Of a DNA stretch of 39,786 nt, positions 1-8,880 are shown in pieces. Location: sequence record SRR20825010_29, one strand, 5' to 3'. The notes below the pieces were generated by a model. It was not told the DNA's origin, did no database searches, and saw only the letters and a program-made list of their open reading frames with translations. The position numbers were made by a program, and so were the translations under genes. How positions within the stretch are numbered: position 1 is the first letter of the stretch; each line of letters begins with the position of its first letter.

Positions 1-948
1 TTCAAAATAATTGGTTCGCTTCAGTTCTGTTCCAAATTCATCTACTCGATAGATACTTTTAGAAACGTCTTCCCATGTTGTGGCGTATGTTTTCAGCGGT
101 GAGCCAGGAAAATCTATATAACTCATCTCAAATTGAAGTGCCGTAGTATAATTATTTAAATTACCTACATACGATTCTTCTTTAAGTGCTGGAACATTTT
201 CTAAAGCTACAGTATAGGTGTCTTCATTAAATTTAACTTCTCGCGTTGTAGTTTCTGGAATTCCTGCGCCTTGAAATGCCTTAATATCCTGTGTTGTTTG
301 TCTATAAGTCATTGTGCGCTCTCTTGTTTCAGAATCAACATTATAAGGAACCCAACCTCTTTGGTGTGTCTTATAAACAAAATATTCTGGGGTGGTAAAA
401 AGCACTTTTAATTTATCTACCGGAATGGTTTCTTGAAATCTAAATTCATCTATATTAAAGATAAAAGGTGAATTGATCGTATATTTGTATTCAATAACAC
501 AACCTTCACGAACATCTGGCATGGTGATTTTTGTTTGTGTTAAATATTTACTGGTTTCTTCTTCAAAAATACCATCGTTTTTCAATTTCACCTCTTCCAC
601 TTTCCCATCGGCACCAACATAGTACGTATACCCTCTCAAACCAAGAAGTTTATCTTCACCATCTCCTTTATAAATATTTATAGTCGCATTAGCCCAATCA
701 AAACCTTCCTTAGTATAAATTTTAATTCGCTCAAAATAATCTGTCACCATATACCAACCTGCATCTTGTGTATATTGAAAATCGGTTTTAGTTTCACGAT
801 AAAGCACTGCTGCATCTGCGGTTGGTTCAGACGGGTGTTCTTTCTGAAGTATTTCTTCTTTAGACACTTTTCCGAATTTATAGTTTTGTGCAATCGAAAT
901 ATTCATAAAGAATAGTACCGTAATTGCTGAAAGTATACGTGTTTTCAT
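1..948 (-). CDS. DUF3857 domain / transglutaminase-like exported protein (N-terminal part; runs off the window)
   Basis: Manual translation from ATG at 948: MKTRILSAITVLFFMNISIAQNYKFGKVSKEEILQKEHPSEPTADAAVLYRE...FERIKIYTKEG...MPDVREGCVIEYKYTI, open to position 1; signal peptide and DUF3857-type motifs; not in ORF track. Confidence 0.85.
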   Translation of the reverse strand, partial: MKTRILSAITVLFFMNISIAQNYKFGKVSKEEILQKEHPSEPTADAAVLYRETKTDFQYTQDAGWYMVTDYFERIKIYTKEGFDWANATINIYKGDGEDKLLGLRGYTYYVGADGKVEEVKLKNDGIFEEETSKYLTQTKITMPDVREGCVIEYKYTINSPFIFNIDEFRFQETIPVDKLKVLFTTPEYFVYKTHQRGWVPYNVDSETRERTMTYRQTTQDIKAFQGAGIPETTTREVKFNEDTYTVALENVPALKEESYVGNLNNYTTALQFEMSYIDFPGSPLKTYATTWEDVSKSIYRVDEFGTELKRTNYFE

Positions 949-960
949 TTGAATAGGTGT

Positions 961-2862
961 TTATTGGATATTTTGTTTTAACAGTATTTTTGTCTTGTCT
1001 AATCTTGCTATGGATCTTAAAAATTCACGATAATTTTCATATTCTGAAGGAGGATATTCTCCTTTATGAATAAGTAGTTTTCTAGTGTATATCAACTTAT
1101 TTGCTTCCGTTTTACTGAAATTCATTTCATATTTTCCAAATTTCGTTTCTAAAACCGAAGCTTCTGGAAGTGTTTCAATACTAAAATTTTCAGGAATTCC
1201 AACTTCAATAGTATCATCATCCACATACCCGAAACCTATATAAAGGTTTTGTTTTCTGTTTTCAATTCGCGGTGGAATGTATTTATTTTGATTAAAAATA
1301 TTAGCACAGAATAAAAAATCATCCCCCACGGGGTTTGCGTAATTAGGGATGGTAAGTGATAATTTTTCAGTAAACACAACATTTTCACGATCGTTGTTAA
1401 ATTCAATAGCATCTATTGAAAATCCATTAATATAGCTCCATCGGTTCTTAAAATACGCATCTATATCGTCTTGTTTTTTCTTCGGAAGTAAATATTTATC
1501 GTCATATTGAAGTCCTTTTGAAATACTTTCAAAATCTACACTCACCTTACCATCCGCAGCTACTTTTACTTTTGCAGTATTTGTTTGGCTACTATTTTCA
1601 GTTTCATACACAGCGGTATGGGCAATTTTTCCACCTTCAGGAGTAATAAGCAACACATCCCTATCATCCGTAAAATTACCTAAATAGCCATAAGGCAAAT
1701 CTTGACTGGTACATTCTAGCCAGGTTATTTTGTCTTCGTCCGGAATTGCAAGAATCATATGATTACCTTGAAGTGAAGTAAAATCTGAAGTAATATCTCT
1801 TTCCGCAGTATCGCCGTATAAAATAGTATAATACGACGGTACACCTACCGCATCAAGCATAGCTTTGGTATAATTTGTCAACGCTTTACAATCTCCATAA
1901 CTAAGCTTATCAACATCGGAAGCAAGCATTGGTTTCCACCCACCAATACCAATTTGAATACTCACATAACGAACTTTGTCTTGAAGGTATTGATATATTT
2001 TTCGAGCTTTCTCCTCATTAGTTGTTTCATTAGCGACTAGACTTTTTGCACGAGCTAACGTTCCTTCAGGTAAATCACGCACGTCAGAAAGAAGGTTTTT
2101 ATACATCCAACTTCCAAATTGTTGCCAATCTTTACCAGAACCTGTTTCCCCTTTTAGCTTAAAAACATCAAGAGCAATAGTAACATGGGGTAAAATAGTA
2201 CTTATGGAAGGACTGTGCTCCTCATACCGAATTGTTTTTAAATTGCTAGCTGAAAAGATAAGTTCATTTGCTTCTTCAGATATTGAAATATCATATCCTT
2301 CTATATTATGAGATTTGTATTTTGGCTTGTTTGAAGGATCATATTTTAATTTTAAAACACTTTTCTGAGTGCTTTCAGCATAGCCGTTCAAAGGGAACCA
2401 AGAGTCTAGAAATGCAGAATCACCAGTTTCGGTTTCACTTTCATAAACTACAATATAAGGATAAGTAGTAGGGGTGTACTTTAAATAGAGCACGCGATCA
2501 TCACTATAAATATTACTTCCAGTTCGGCTTACATCAATAAATTCCTTCTTTTTGAAATGTGCTATTTCTTTACCAAAAGAATTATAAACCCATGCTTCAG
2601 CATTTTTTACACGTGAATTTTCATCATAAAACTCATAAAGGTTGGCATCATCATCACCAATTTTGTTAAGAACTGCTACAACACGACGTTTTTTTACTTT
2701 CAGTTTATTAATATCGCTAACATCCATCTCAACCAATTCATCGATCAAAACACTATTAGCATACTCCATTAACTCTGCATTTACAGAGGTTATATTGTAT
2801 TCTTTTTGAGCATAAATACTAACCGAGCAAAACAGAAATACGAAACATAAGATGGTTTTCAT
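961..2862 (-). CDS. DUF3857 + transglutaminase-like domain protein
   Basis: 633 aa, signal peptide, VRYVSIQIGIGGWKP and YGDCKAL (catalytic Cys) plus NHMILA motifs. Confidence 0.88.
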   Translation of the reverse strand: MKTILCFVFLFCSVSIYAQKEYNITSVNAELMEYANSVLIDELVEMDVSDINKLKVKKRRVVAVLNKIGDDDANLYEFYDENSRVKNAEAWVYNSFGKEIAHFKKKEFIDVSRTGSNIYSDDRVLYLKYTPTTYPYIVVYESETETGDSAFLDSWFPLNGYAESTQKSVLKLKYDPSNKPKYKSHNIEGYDISISEEANELIFSASNLKTIRYEEHSPSISTILPHVTIALDVFKLKGETGSGKDWQQFGSWMYKNLLSDVRDLPEGTLARAKSLVANETTNEEKARKIYQYLQDKVRYVSIQIGIGGWKPMLASDVDKLSYGDCKALTNYTKAMLDAVGVPSYYTILYGDTAERDITSDFTSLQGNHMILAIPDEDKITWLECTSQDLPYGYLGNFTDDRDVLLITPEGGKIAHTAVYETENSSQTNTAKVKVAADGKVSVDFESISKGLQYDDKYLLPKKKQDDIDAYFKNRWSYINGFSIDAIEFNNDRENVVFTEKLSLTIPNYANPVGDDFLFCANIFNQNKYIPPRIENRKQNLYIGFGYVDDDTIEVGIPENFSIETLPEASVLETKFGKYEMNFSKTEANKLIYTRKLLIHKGEYPPSEYENYREFLRSIARLDKTKILLKQNIQ

Positions 2863-2896
2863 AAACTCTTTTAATTAGATGCCAATATATAAAATT

Positions 2897-2918
2897 ATAA
2901 AAGGTTAATAAAAGGTTA
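2897..2918 (-). promoter_or_regulatory. Perfect 11-bp tandem repeat (ATAAAAGGTTA x2), candidate regulator binding site
   Basis: Reads TTAAC-N6-TTAAC on the minus strand, just upstream of a near -7 element TATATTGG (2882-2889) of the DUF3857 gene. Confidence 0.4.
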
Positions 2919-2924
2919 AAGACG

Positions 2925-3377
2925 TTATTCTCTGTTTTTTGAATCCATCCAGATTGTAACTGGGCCGTCATTTATTAAAGCTACATCCATCATAGCACCA
3001 AAAGTTCCCGTTTTTGTTTTTTTTGAGGTTTCCTTTTCTAACTGAAATATAAATTTTTCATACAGCGGAATAGCAACTTCTGGTCTGGCTGCCTTTATAA
3101 ACGAAGGTCGATTTCCTTTTTTTGTATTTGCGTGAAGCGTAAATTGGCTTACTACTAAACAATCACCATCTATATCGTGCACAGAAAGATTCATTGCATC
3201 GTTTTCATCTGAAAAAATACGTAATCGTGTAATTTTTCCAGCCAACCAGTCGATGTCTTCTTGAGTATCTTCAGCTTCAATTCCCAATAAAATAAGCAAA
3301 CCTTGATTTATTTCAGAAACTATTTCTCCTTCAATCGCTACAGAAGCTTTTTTCACTCTTTGAATTAAAACACGCAT
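2925..3377 (-). CDS. dtd: D-aminoacyl-tRNA deacylase
   Basis: MRVLIQRV start, SQFTL and NDGPVT motifs, 150 aa. Confidence 0.97.
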   Translation of the reverse strand: MRVLIQRVKKASVAIEGEIVSEINQGLLILLGIEAEDTQEDIDWLAGKITRLRIFSDENDAMNLSVHDIDGDCLVVSQFTLHANTKKGNRPSFIKAARPEVAIPLYEKFIFQLEKETSKKTKTGTFGAMMDVALINDGPVTIWMDSKNRE

Positions 3378-3433
3378 TTTATATATGATTAGATAATTAG
3401 AAAAATTCCTCCCAACACCTTCCTTTTCAATTT

Positions 3434-4381
3434 TTATTTTTCATAAATATCTTTTCGGAAGTGTTCTTCCTCTCCTTCTATAATCTGCAAATAACTTTTA
3501 TACCGAGACCAAGCTATTTCTTCTTTTTCCAAAGCTTCTTTTACGGCGCAATGTGGTTCTTCAATATGCAAACAGTTATTGAATTTACAATTTTCTTTTA
3601 GTTCAAAAAACTCTGGAAAATAAGCTCCGAGTTCTTCTTTATCTATTTCCACAACACCAAAACCTTTAATTCCAGGGGTGTCTATTATTTGCCCACCAAA
3701 AGAAAGATCGAACATTTCTGCAAAAGTTGTAGTGTGTTGCCCTTGTAAATGCTGTTCAGAAATTTTTGAGGTTTTTAGACTTAAACCTGGCTCTAACGTA
3801 TTTATTAAAGTAGATTTTCCTACCCCACTATGACCAGAAAACATAGTTACTTTATCATGCATTAACGCCTTAACCTTATCGATGTTTTTTCCAGTAATTG
3901 CTGAAATTCCAATACATTCATACCCAATTTTTCGATACAAAGCCGCGAGAAATTTTATTTCTAATAATTCATCATCCGTATAGGTATCTACTTTGTTGAA
4001 AAGCAAAACAGCTTTAATATGGTATGCTTCTGCAGTAACCAAAAAACGATCTATAAAAGTTGTAAAAGTTGGCGGATTGTTTAAGGTAATTAGCAAAAAA
4101 GCAACGTCTATATTAGCGGCGATTATATGGGTTTGCTTTGAAAGATTTACCGACTTTCGAATGATATAATTATCCCTTTCATCAATATGTGAAATAACAC
4201 CAACTGTTTCATCTCCTTTTTTTTCAACCTGAAAATCTACATGATCCCCTACCGCAACTGGGTTTGTGCTTTTAATACCCCCAATACGGAATTTACCTTT
4301 AATACGACAATCGTAAAAATTTCCATCCTCAGCTTTTACTGAATACCAACTTCCAGTAGATTTATAAACAAGTCCTTTCAT
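3434..4381 (-). CDS. rsgA: Ribosome small subunit-dependent GTPase A
   Basis: Circularly permuted GTPase NKVD...GHSGVGKS...HTTT...DTPG; C-terminal CKFNNCLHIEEPHC zinc site. Confidence 0.97.
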   Translation of the reverse strand: MKGLVYKSTGSWYSVKAEDGNFYDCRIKGKFRIGGIKSTNPVAVGDHVDFQVEKKGDETVGVISHIDERDNYIIRKSVNLSKQTHIIAANIDVAFLLITLNNPPTFTTFIDRFLVTAEAYHIKAVLLFNKVDTYTDDELLEIKFLAALYRKIGYECIGISAITGKNIDKVKALMHDKVTMFSGHSGVGKSTLINTLEPGLSLKTSKISEQHLQGQHTTTFAEMFDLSFGGQIIDTPGIKGFGVVEIDKEELGAYFPEFFELKENCKFNNCLHIEEPHCAVKEALEKEEIAWSRYKSYLQIIEGEEEHFRKDIYEK

Positions 4382-4493
4382 TGCAACAAAAATCTGAAAA
4401 TTAAACCATTCCGCAACTTTTTAATTGCTCAGATATTTAAATTTATGTAATTTGCACCAATAGTATGAATATGCATGAATTAATATTTAAAAA

Positions 4494-4751
4494 ATGGCGG
4501 TAATACGAAAAACAGTAACCTTCACTGAGCAACAGGATAAATGGATAAAAGCTCAAATTGAAGCTGGTGAATTTACTAATGATAGTGAATATCTTAGAAA
4601 TTTGGTGCGCCAAGACCAAGCAAATAATGCTCAGTTCTTAGCACTAAAAAAAACCCTACTTGACAGTCTTGAAAGTGGCGTAAGCAACAAATCGCTCCCA
4701 GAAATTATGAAAAGTATAGAAAAGAGAATGAAAGCTGATGGGCGTTTATAA
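4494..4751 (+). CDS. parD: ParD-family (CC2985-like, ribbon-helix-helix) antitoxin
   Basis: 85 aa with IEAGEFTNDSEYLRNLVR motif; overlaps the downstream toxin gene by 14 nt. Confidence 0.85.
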   Translation: MAVIRKTVTFTEQQDKWIKAQIEAGEFTNDSEYLRNLVRQDQANNAQFLALKKTLLDSLESGVSNKSLPEIMKSIEKRMKADGRL

Positions 4752-5028
4752 GCTATCTAAAAACTCAGAAATTAACATTGCCGAAATGTATCAATACGGT
4801 ATTGTAAAATTTGGTCTACTTCAAGCCCAAAATTATTTTATAGAAATGGAGCAACTCTTAAACTTGTTGTCTCATAATACTGAACTCGGAAGGGATGCTT
4901 CCGAATTTATTCCAAAATTGAAGCGTTTTTCATTTAAAGCACATACTATCTTTTACATGGTTACAGATTACGGGATTTTTATTGTTAACATTTTAAGTCA
5001 TAAAATGGATTACACAACCAATCTCTAA
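4738..5028 (+). CDS. parE: ParE/RelE-family toxin
   Basis: 96 aa: YKLS...YGIVKFGLLQAQNY...GRD...HTIFY...IVNIL, typical ParE pattern; paired with antitoxin. Confidence 0.85.
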   Translation: MGVYKLSKNSEINIAEMYQYGIVKFGLLQAQNYFIEMEQLLNLLSHNTELGRDASEFIPKLKRFSFKAHTIFYMVTDYGIFIVNILSHKMDYTTNL

Positions 5029-6107
5029 TCATTAATAATCTTTTTCTGATGATTAATCGACTCTTGATGAATCGCCTTGAATATTTTTAGGATAAATTCT
5101 TCACTCAACTTATTTTCTTCTCCTTCTAAAATCATTTTTCCTAAAATCTCATTCCATCTTTTTGTTTGAAGAATGGCTACGTTATTTTTCTTTTTCAAAA
5201 CACCTATATCATCTGCAATCCTCATTCGTTTACCTAGAGATTCTAAAAGTTGGTGATCTAAAACATCAATTTTTGTTCGCAATGTATTCAACTTATTTTT
5301 AAATTCAACCGCATCTCCTTCTTGCTTTCTGATGCGTAAATCTACCGTCATTTGGTCTAGAGTTTGTGGTGTTATTTGCTGTGCAGCATCGCTCCAAGCA
5401 TTGTCTGGATCAAAATGAGTTTCAACCATTAAGCCGTCAAAATTTAAATCTAACGCAGTTTGGCAAAGCTCAAAAATTATATCTCTTCGGCCTGCTATAT
5501 GCGAAGGGTCTAAAATAAGCGGTAAATCTGGAAATTTGTTCTGCAAATCAATCGGTATTTGCCATTCTGGATTATTTCGGTAACGCGTTTTTTCATAGGT
5601 TGAAAAACCGCGGTGAATAACGCCCAAATTTTTTACATCAGATTCATAAAAACGTTCTACAGCACCCAACCACAATGCTAAATCTGGATTCACTGGATTT
5701 TTTATTAAAACAATTTTATCAGTTCCTTTTAACGCATCGGCAATTTCCTGTACAATAAACGGCGAAACTGTTGTGCGCGCACCTACCCAAAGAATATCTA
5801 TATCATGTTTTAAAGCCAAATCTACATGGTTGGCGTTGGCAACTTCAGTTGCAATCATTAATCCTGTTTCCTGTTTTGCTTTTTGCAACCATTTTAACCC
5901 CAAAGCACCCACGCCTTCAAAATTACCTGGGCGGGTTCTAGGCTTCCAAATACCTGCTCTTAAAACTGTAGCATCAGTTGCTTTTAACTGGTGTGCAATT
6001 TTAAGCACTTGCGCTTCCGTTTCTGCACTGCAAGGACCAGCAATTACTAATGGGTGGGCCAATTCCATTTTAGTTAGCCAATTACGAAGATTTTTATTGT
6101 TTTCCAT
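5025..6107 (-). CDS. Bifunctional DAHP synthase (class I-beta) / chorismate mutase type II
   Basis: IAGPCSAE, WKPRTRP, DPSHIAG motifs; C-terminal LRTKIDVLD chorismate mutase domain. Confidence 0.93.
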   Translation of the reverse strand: MENNKNLRNWLTKMELAHPLVIAGPCSAETEAQVLKIAHQLKATDATVLRAGIWKPRTRPGNFEGVGALGLKWLQKAKQETGLMIATEVANANHVDLALKHDIDILWVGARTTVSPFIVQEIADALKGTDKIVLIKNPVNPDLALWLGAVERFYESDVKNLGVIHRGFSTYEKTRYRNNPEWQIPIDLQNKFPDLPLILDPSHIAGRRDIIFELCQTALDLNFDGLMVETHFDPDNAWSDAAQQITPQTLDQMTVDLRIRKQEGDAVEFKNKLNTLRTKIDVLDHQLLESLGKRMRIADDIGVLKKKNNVAILQTKRWNEILGKMILEGEENKLSEEFILKIFKAIHQESINHQKKIIND

Positions 6108-6969
6108 TTATTCTTGCATTTGAAAATTGAGCTTCCATATTAGTTTCATCTTGTTGGTAAACTCCCAATATTTTTAATTCTTTCACTGTTTTTTTTAGTA
6201 TTTCCATCACTTCAAAAAAGAAATTTTCATCTTCAAAAACCACATCTACAAAAAAAGCATACTGCCAAGGTTTTCCAACAATTGGAAGTGATTGTATTTT
6301 GGTTAAATTTATATTGAAAGTCGTTAAAAGACTAAGCACATTACCCAAACTACCTACATTATGGTCCAATTCAAACTTTAAAGAAGCTTTATTGGCTTTT
6401 TTAAATCGTTGCTTTTCTTTTTTGCCCAAAAGTACGAAGCGCGTATGATTTTCTTTAATATCTTGAATATTACTGTCTAATATTTTAAGTCCAAACTTTT
6501 CAGCAACCTGTTTTCCAGCAATTGCAGCAACGCCTGAAAGATTTTGATCTTTAATTTTTTTTGCTTCTGAAGCAGTATCTTTTCCTTCAATTATTTTAAA
6601 CTGTGGCGGAAACTTTTGAAGGTATTCTCTACACTGTAACAAAGCTACAGGATGCGAATGTATTTCTTTTATATCGTGTATAGATTCCGTTTCTAAAGCC
6701 ATAACATACATTTGGATGTTTAAGACTGTTTCCGCTAAAATTTCAAAAGCACCTGTATCAATAAGTGAATAATTAGGCAATATTGAGCCTACAATTGTGT
6801 TTTCTATGGCAATTACACCATAATCCGCAATTGAATTATTTACTGCATTTGTAACTTTTTCAAAGGAATCGCACATTAAAAGAGTTATTTCTTCGTTTGG
6901 AAAAAGCTTTTCAACCGCTTGATGGTGAAACGAACTTTCTATTCCATGCATTGCTACTTTTAAGTTCAT
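6094..6969 (-). CDS. pheA: Prephenate dehydratase with ACT domain
   Basis: AIENTIVGS, SHPVALLQC, NHTRF, INLTKIQSLP motifs. Confidence 0.92.
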   Translation of the reverse strand: MNLKVAMHGIESSFHHQAVEKLFPNEEITLLMCDSFEKVTNAVNNSIADYGVIAIENTIVGSILPNYSLIDTGAFEILAETVLNIQMYVMALETESIHDIKEIHSHPVALLQCREYLQKFPPQFKIIEGKDTASEAKKIKDQNLSGVAAIAGKQVAEKFGLKILDSNIQDIKENHTRFVLLGKKEKQRFKKANKASLKFELDHNVGSLGNVLSLLTTFNINLTKIQSLPIVGKPWQYAFFVDVVFEDENFFFEVMEILKKTVKELKILGVYQQDETNMEAQFSNARINGKQ

Positions 6970-6987
6970 TGTTTTAGAATTTAGATT

Positions 6988-7022
6988 AAAAAAAAAGTCC
7001 CGGAAATAATTTCCGGGACTTT
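6988..7022 (-). terminator. Intrinsic terminator of the aromatic amino acid attenuator
   Basis: Minus strand AAAGUCCCGGAAA-UUA-UUUCCGGGACUUU followed by a U run (A9 at 6988-6996 on plus). Confidence 0.85.
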
Positions 7023-7044
7023 AAATGTTTTATGTTTGGATTAA

Positions 7045-7116
7045 CTATACAACATACCCGGTTCTATCTATAAAATAGAAATACCAAAAGTTGTTGAAAG
7101 TAAAAGTTTTGTTCAT
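7045..7116 (-). CDS. Attenuator leader peptide MNKTFTFNNFWYFYFIDRTGYVV (23 aa)
   Basis: ATG at 7116, TAG at 7047-7045; six consecutive aromatic codons FWYFYF; directly upstream of the terminator and pheA. Confidence 0.85.
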   Translation of the reverse strand: MNKTFTFNNFWYFYFIDRTGYVV

Positions 7117-7188
7117 TGTGTTCTAATAGATTGCTAAAGTAGTTAATTCTTAAAAACAGAAAAGACTTTTTTCATTTTTTTATTTATG

Positions 7189-7196
7189 TAACTTTG
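7189..7196 (+). promoter_or_regulatory. Bacteroidota -7 promoter element for gldA
   Basis: TAACTTTG matches TAnnTTTG, 17 nt before the ATG. Confidence 0.6.
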
Positions 7197-7213
7197 TTCA
7201 ACTTATAAGAATT

Positions 7214-8113
7214 ATGTCAATTAAAGTAGAAAATATAACCAAAACCTACGGCGAACAAAAAGCGCTGGATGCTATTTCATTCACTATTGAAAAAGGTGAA
7301 ATCGTTGGCTTTTTAGGCCCGAATGGTGCCGGAAAATCTACGATGATGAAGATATTAACTACATTCATTCCTGCTTCAGAAGGCGTAGCAATAGTTAACG
7401 GATTTGATGTAAACAAAGACGAGATTGCGGTTAAAAAAAGTGTAGGTTATTTACCCGAACACAATCCACTTTATTTAGATATGTATGTAAGAGAATACTT
7501 GCTTTTTAATGCTGGAATTTATAAAATTCCTAAAAGTGAAGTAGATTCTGTCATTGAAAAAACAGGTTTAACACCTGAAGCAAACAAAAAAATCGATCAA
7601 CTTTCAAAAGGATATCGCCAACGTGTGGGACTTGCAAATGCGTTATTACATGAACCTGAAGTGTTAATTCTCGATGAGCCAACTACAGGCTTGGATCCAA
7701 ACCAATTAATTGAAATTAGACAGCTTATAAAAAATGTTGGGAAAGAAAAAACAGTTTTACTTTCTACACACATTATGCAGGAAGTTGAAGCTATTTGCGA
7801 TCGTGTAATTATTATAAACAATGGGAAAATTGTGCTTGATAAAAAACTTCAAGACTTAAAGAACAACAAACAACAAATTATTGAAGTAGAATTTGATTAT
7901 CGTGTAGAAGATGTTGCGTTACAACAGCTTCCCAAGATTGAGAAAGTTGAAAATACTATAGGTTTTGTATATCAACTCTATTTTGATACAGATCAAGATA
8001 TGAGAGGAAAAGTATTTGATTTTGCCCACGATAATGGGTTGAAAATACTTCAATTACACCAAAAAAATACTACGCTCGAAAAACTATTTTCAGAATTAAC
8101 TACTCAAAAATAA
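7214..8113 (+). CDS. gldA: Gliding motility-associated ABC transporter ATP-binding subunit
   Basis: GPNGAGKST, GYLPEHNPLYLDMYVREYL, LSKGYRQRVG, C-terminal VEFDYRVE typical of GldA. Confidence 0.92.
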   Translation: MSIKVENITKTYGEQKALDAISFTIEKGEIVGFLGPNGAGKSTMMKILTTFIPASEGVAIVNGFDVNKDEIAVKKSVGYLPEHNPLYLDMYVREYLLFNAGIYKIPKSEVDSVIEKTGLTPEANKKIDQLSKGYRQRVGLANALLHEPEVLILDEPTTGLDPNQLIEIRQLIKNVGKEKTVLLSTHIMQEVEAICDRVIIINNGKIVLDKKLQDLKNNKQQIIEVEFDYRVEDVALQQLPKIEKVENTIGFVYQLYFDTDQDMRGKVFDFAHDNGLKILQLHQKNTTLEKLFSELTTQK

Positions 8114-8849
8114 GTTTTCCACGATACAATGCTTCAACCTCGACAATTGGAGGACGGTTTTTTGAAATTACATTTCCCAAACCTACTATTTTTCCTCTAA
8201 TGGATTCTTGTGGATTCACAATCATATCTGCTGTACTTCTATTAAAAACATACAGATTCTGCACGATTAAGTTTTCTGCAAACATTCTAGAATCGCTCGC
8301 ATAAAAACCGTAGCTAGCCTTAGTTGCCGTTCCGCTTAAATAGAATTTAGACAGTCCATTAGCAACTACACTTAAGTTTTCTGTTTCTACATTTAGTATA
8401 AAATCTCCGTCGGTATGATAGCCATCTTCATTATTTTGATCTTCAGATAAGAGTAGTAATGATGGGTAACGAAGCACGCCAATACTTTCAATTGGCAAAC
8501 CTGTACTGCTTCTAATTTCAGTTATATCTGGTGAAGTAACGTACACTTTTGTAAGCCCATAATCACGCATTAAATTGCAAGAATTATTATTATGAATTTC
8601 TAGCTTTCCATCAGCAACATAAACTTCAACATCATTCATTAAATGTTCTCCTGTTTCCACCACTACTTTATGCGTATCGCCCTGTTGAATATACAATTTA
8701 GTACGTTCCCAAACTAGAATTTTTGTAAACGGTTGTAATGTTACTTCAGTTTGAACAATATTACCTGCTTCTTGAAAACAATCCCAACTTTTATCTGAAC
8801 TGCATCCTACAAAAAGAACTAATAATACTGCGTAAATTATTTTTTTCAT
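8100..8849 (-). CDS. DUF2807 / head GIN-domain lipoprotein (copy 2)
   Basis: Likely start MKKIIY (8849), lipobox LFVGC; WDCFQ, NSCNLMRDYG, VYVTSPDITEIRSS. Confidence 0.8.
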   Translation of the reverse strand: MKKIIYAVLLVLFVGCSSDKSWDCFQEAGNIVQTEVTLQPFTKILVWERTKLYIQQGDTHKVVVETGEHLMNDVEVYVADGKLEIHNNNSCNLMRDYGLTKVYVTSPDITEIRSSTGLPIESIGVLRYPSLLLLSEDQNNEDGYHTDGDFILNVETENLSVVANGLSKFYLSGTATKASYGFYASDSRMFAENLIVQNLYVFNRSTADMIVNPQESIRGKIVGLGNVISKNRPPIVEVEALYRGKLIFE

Positions 8850-8880
8850 AATTATCATTTCTGAAAAAATTCAGGTGTTT

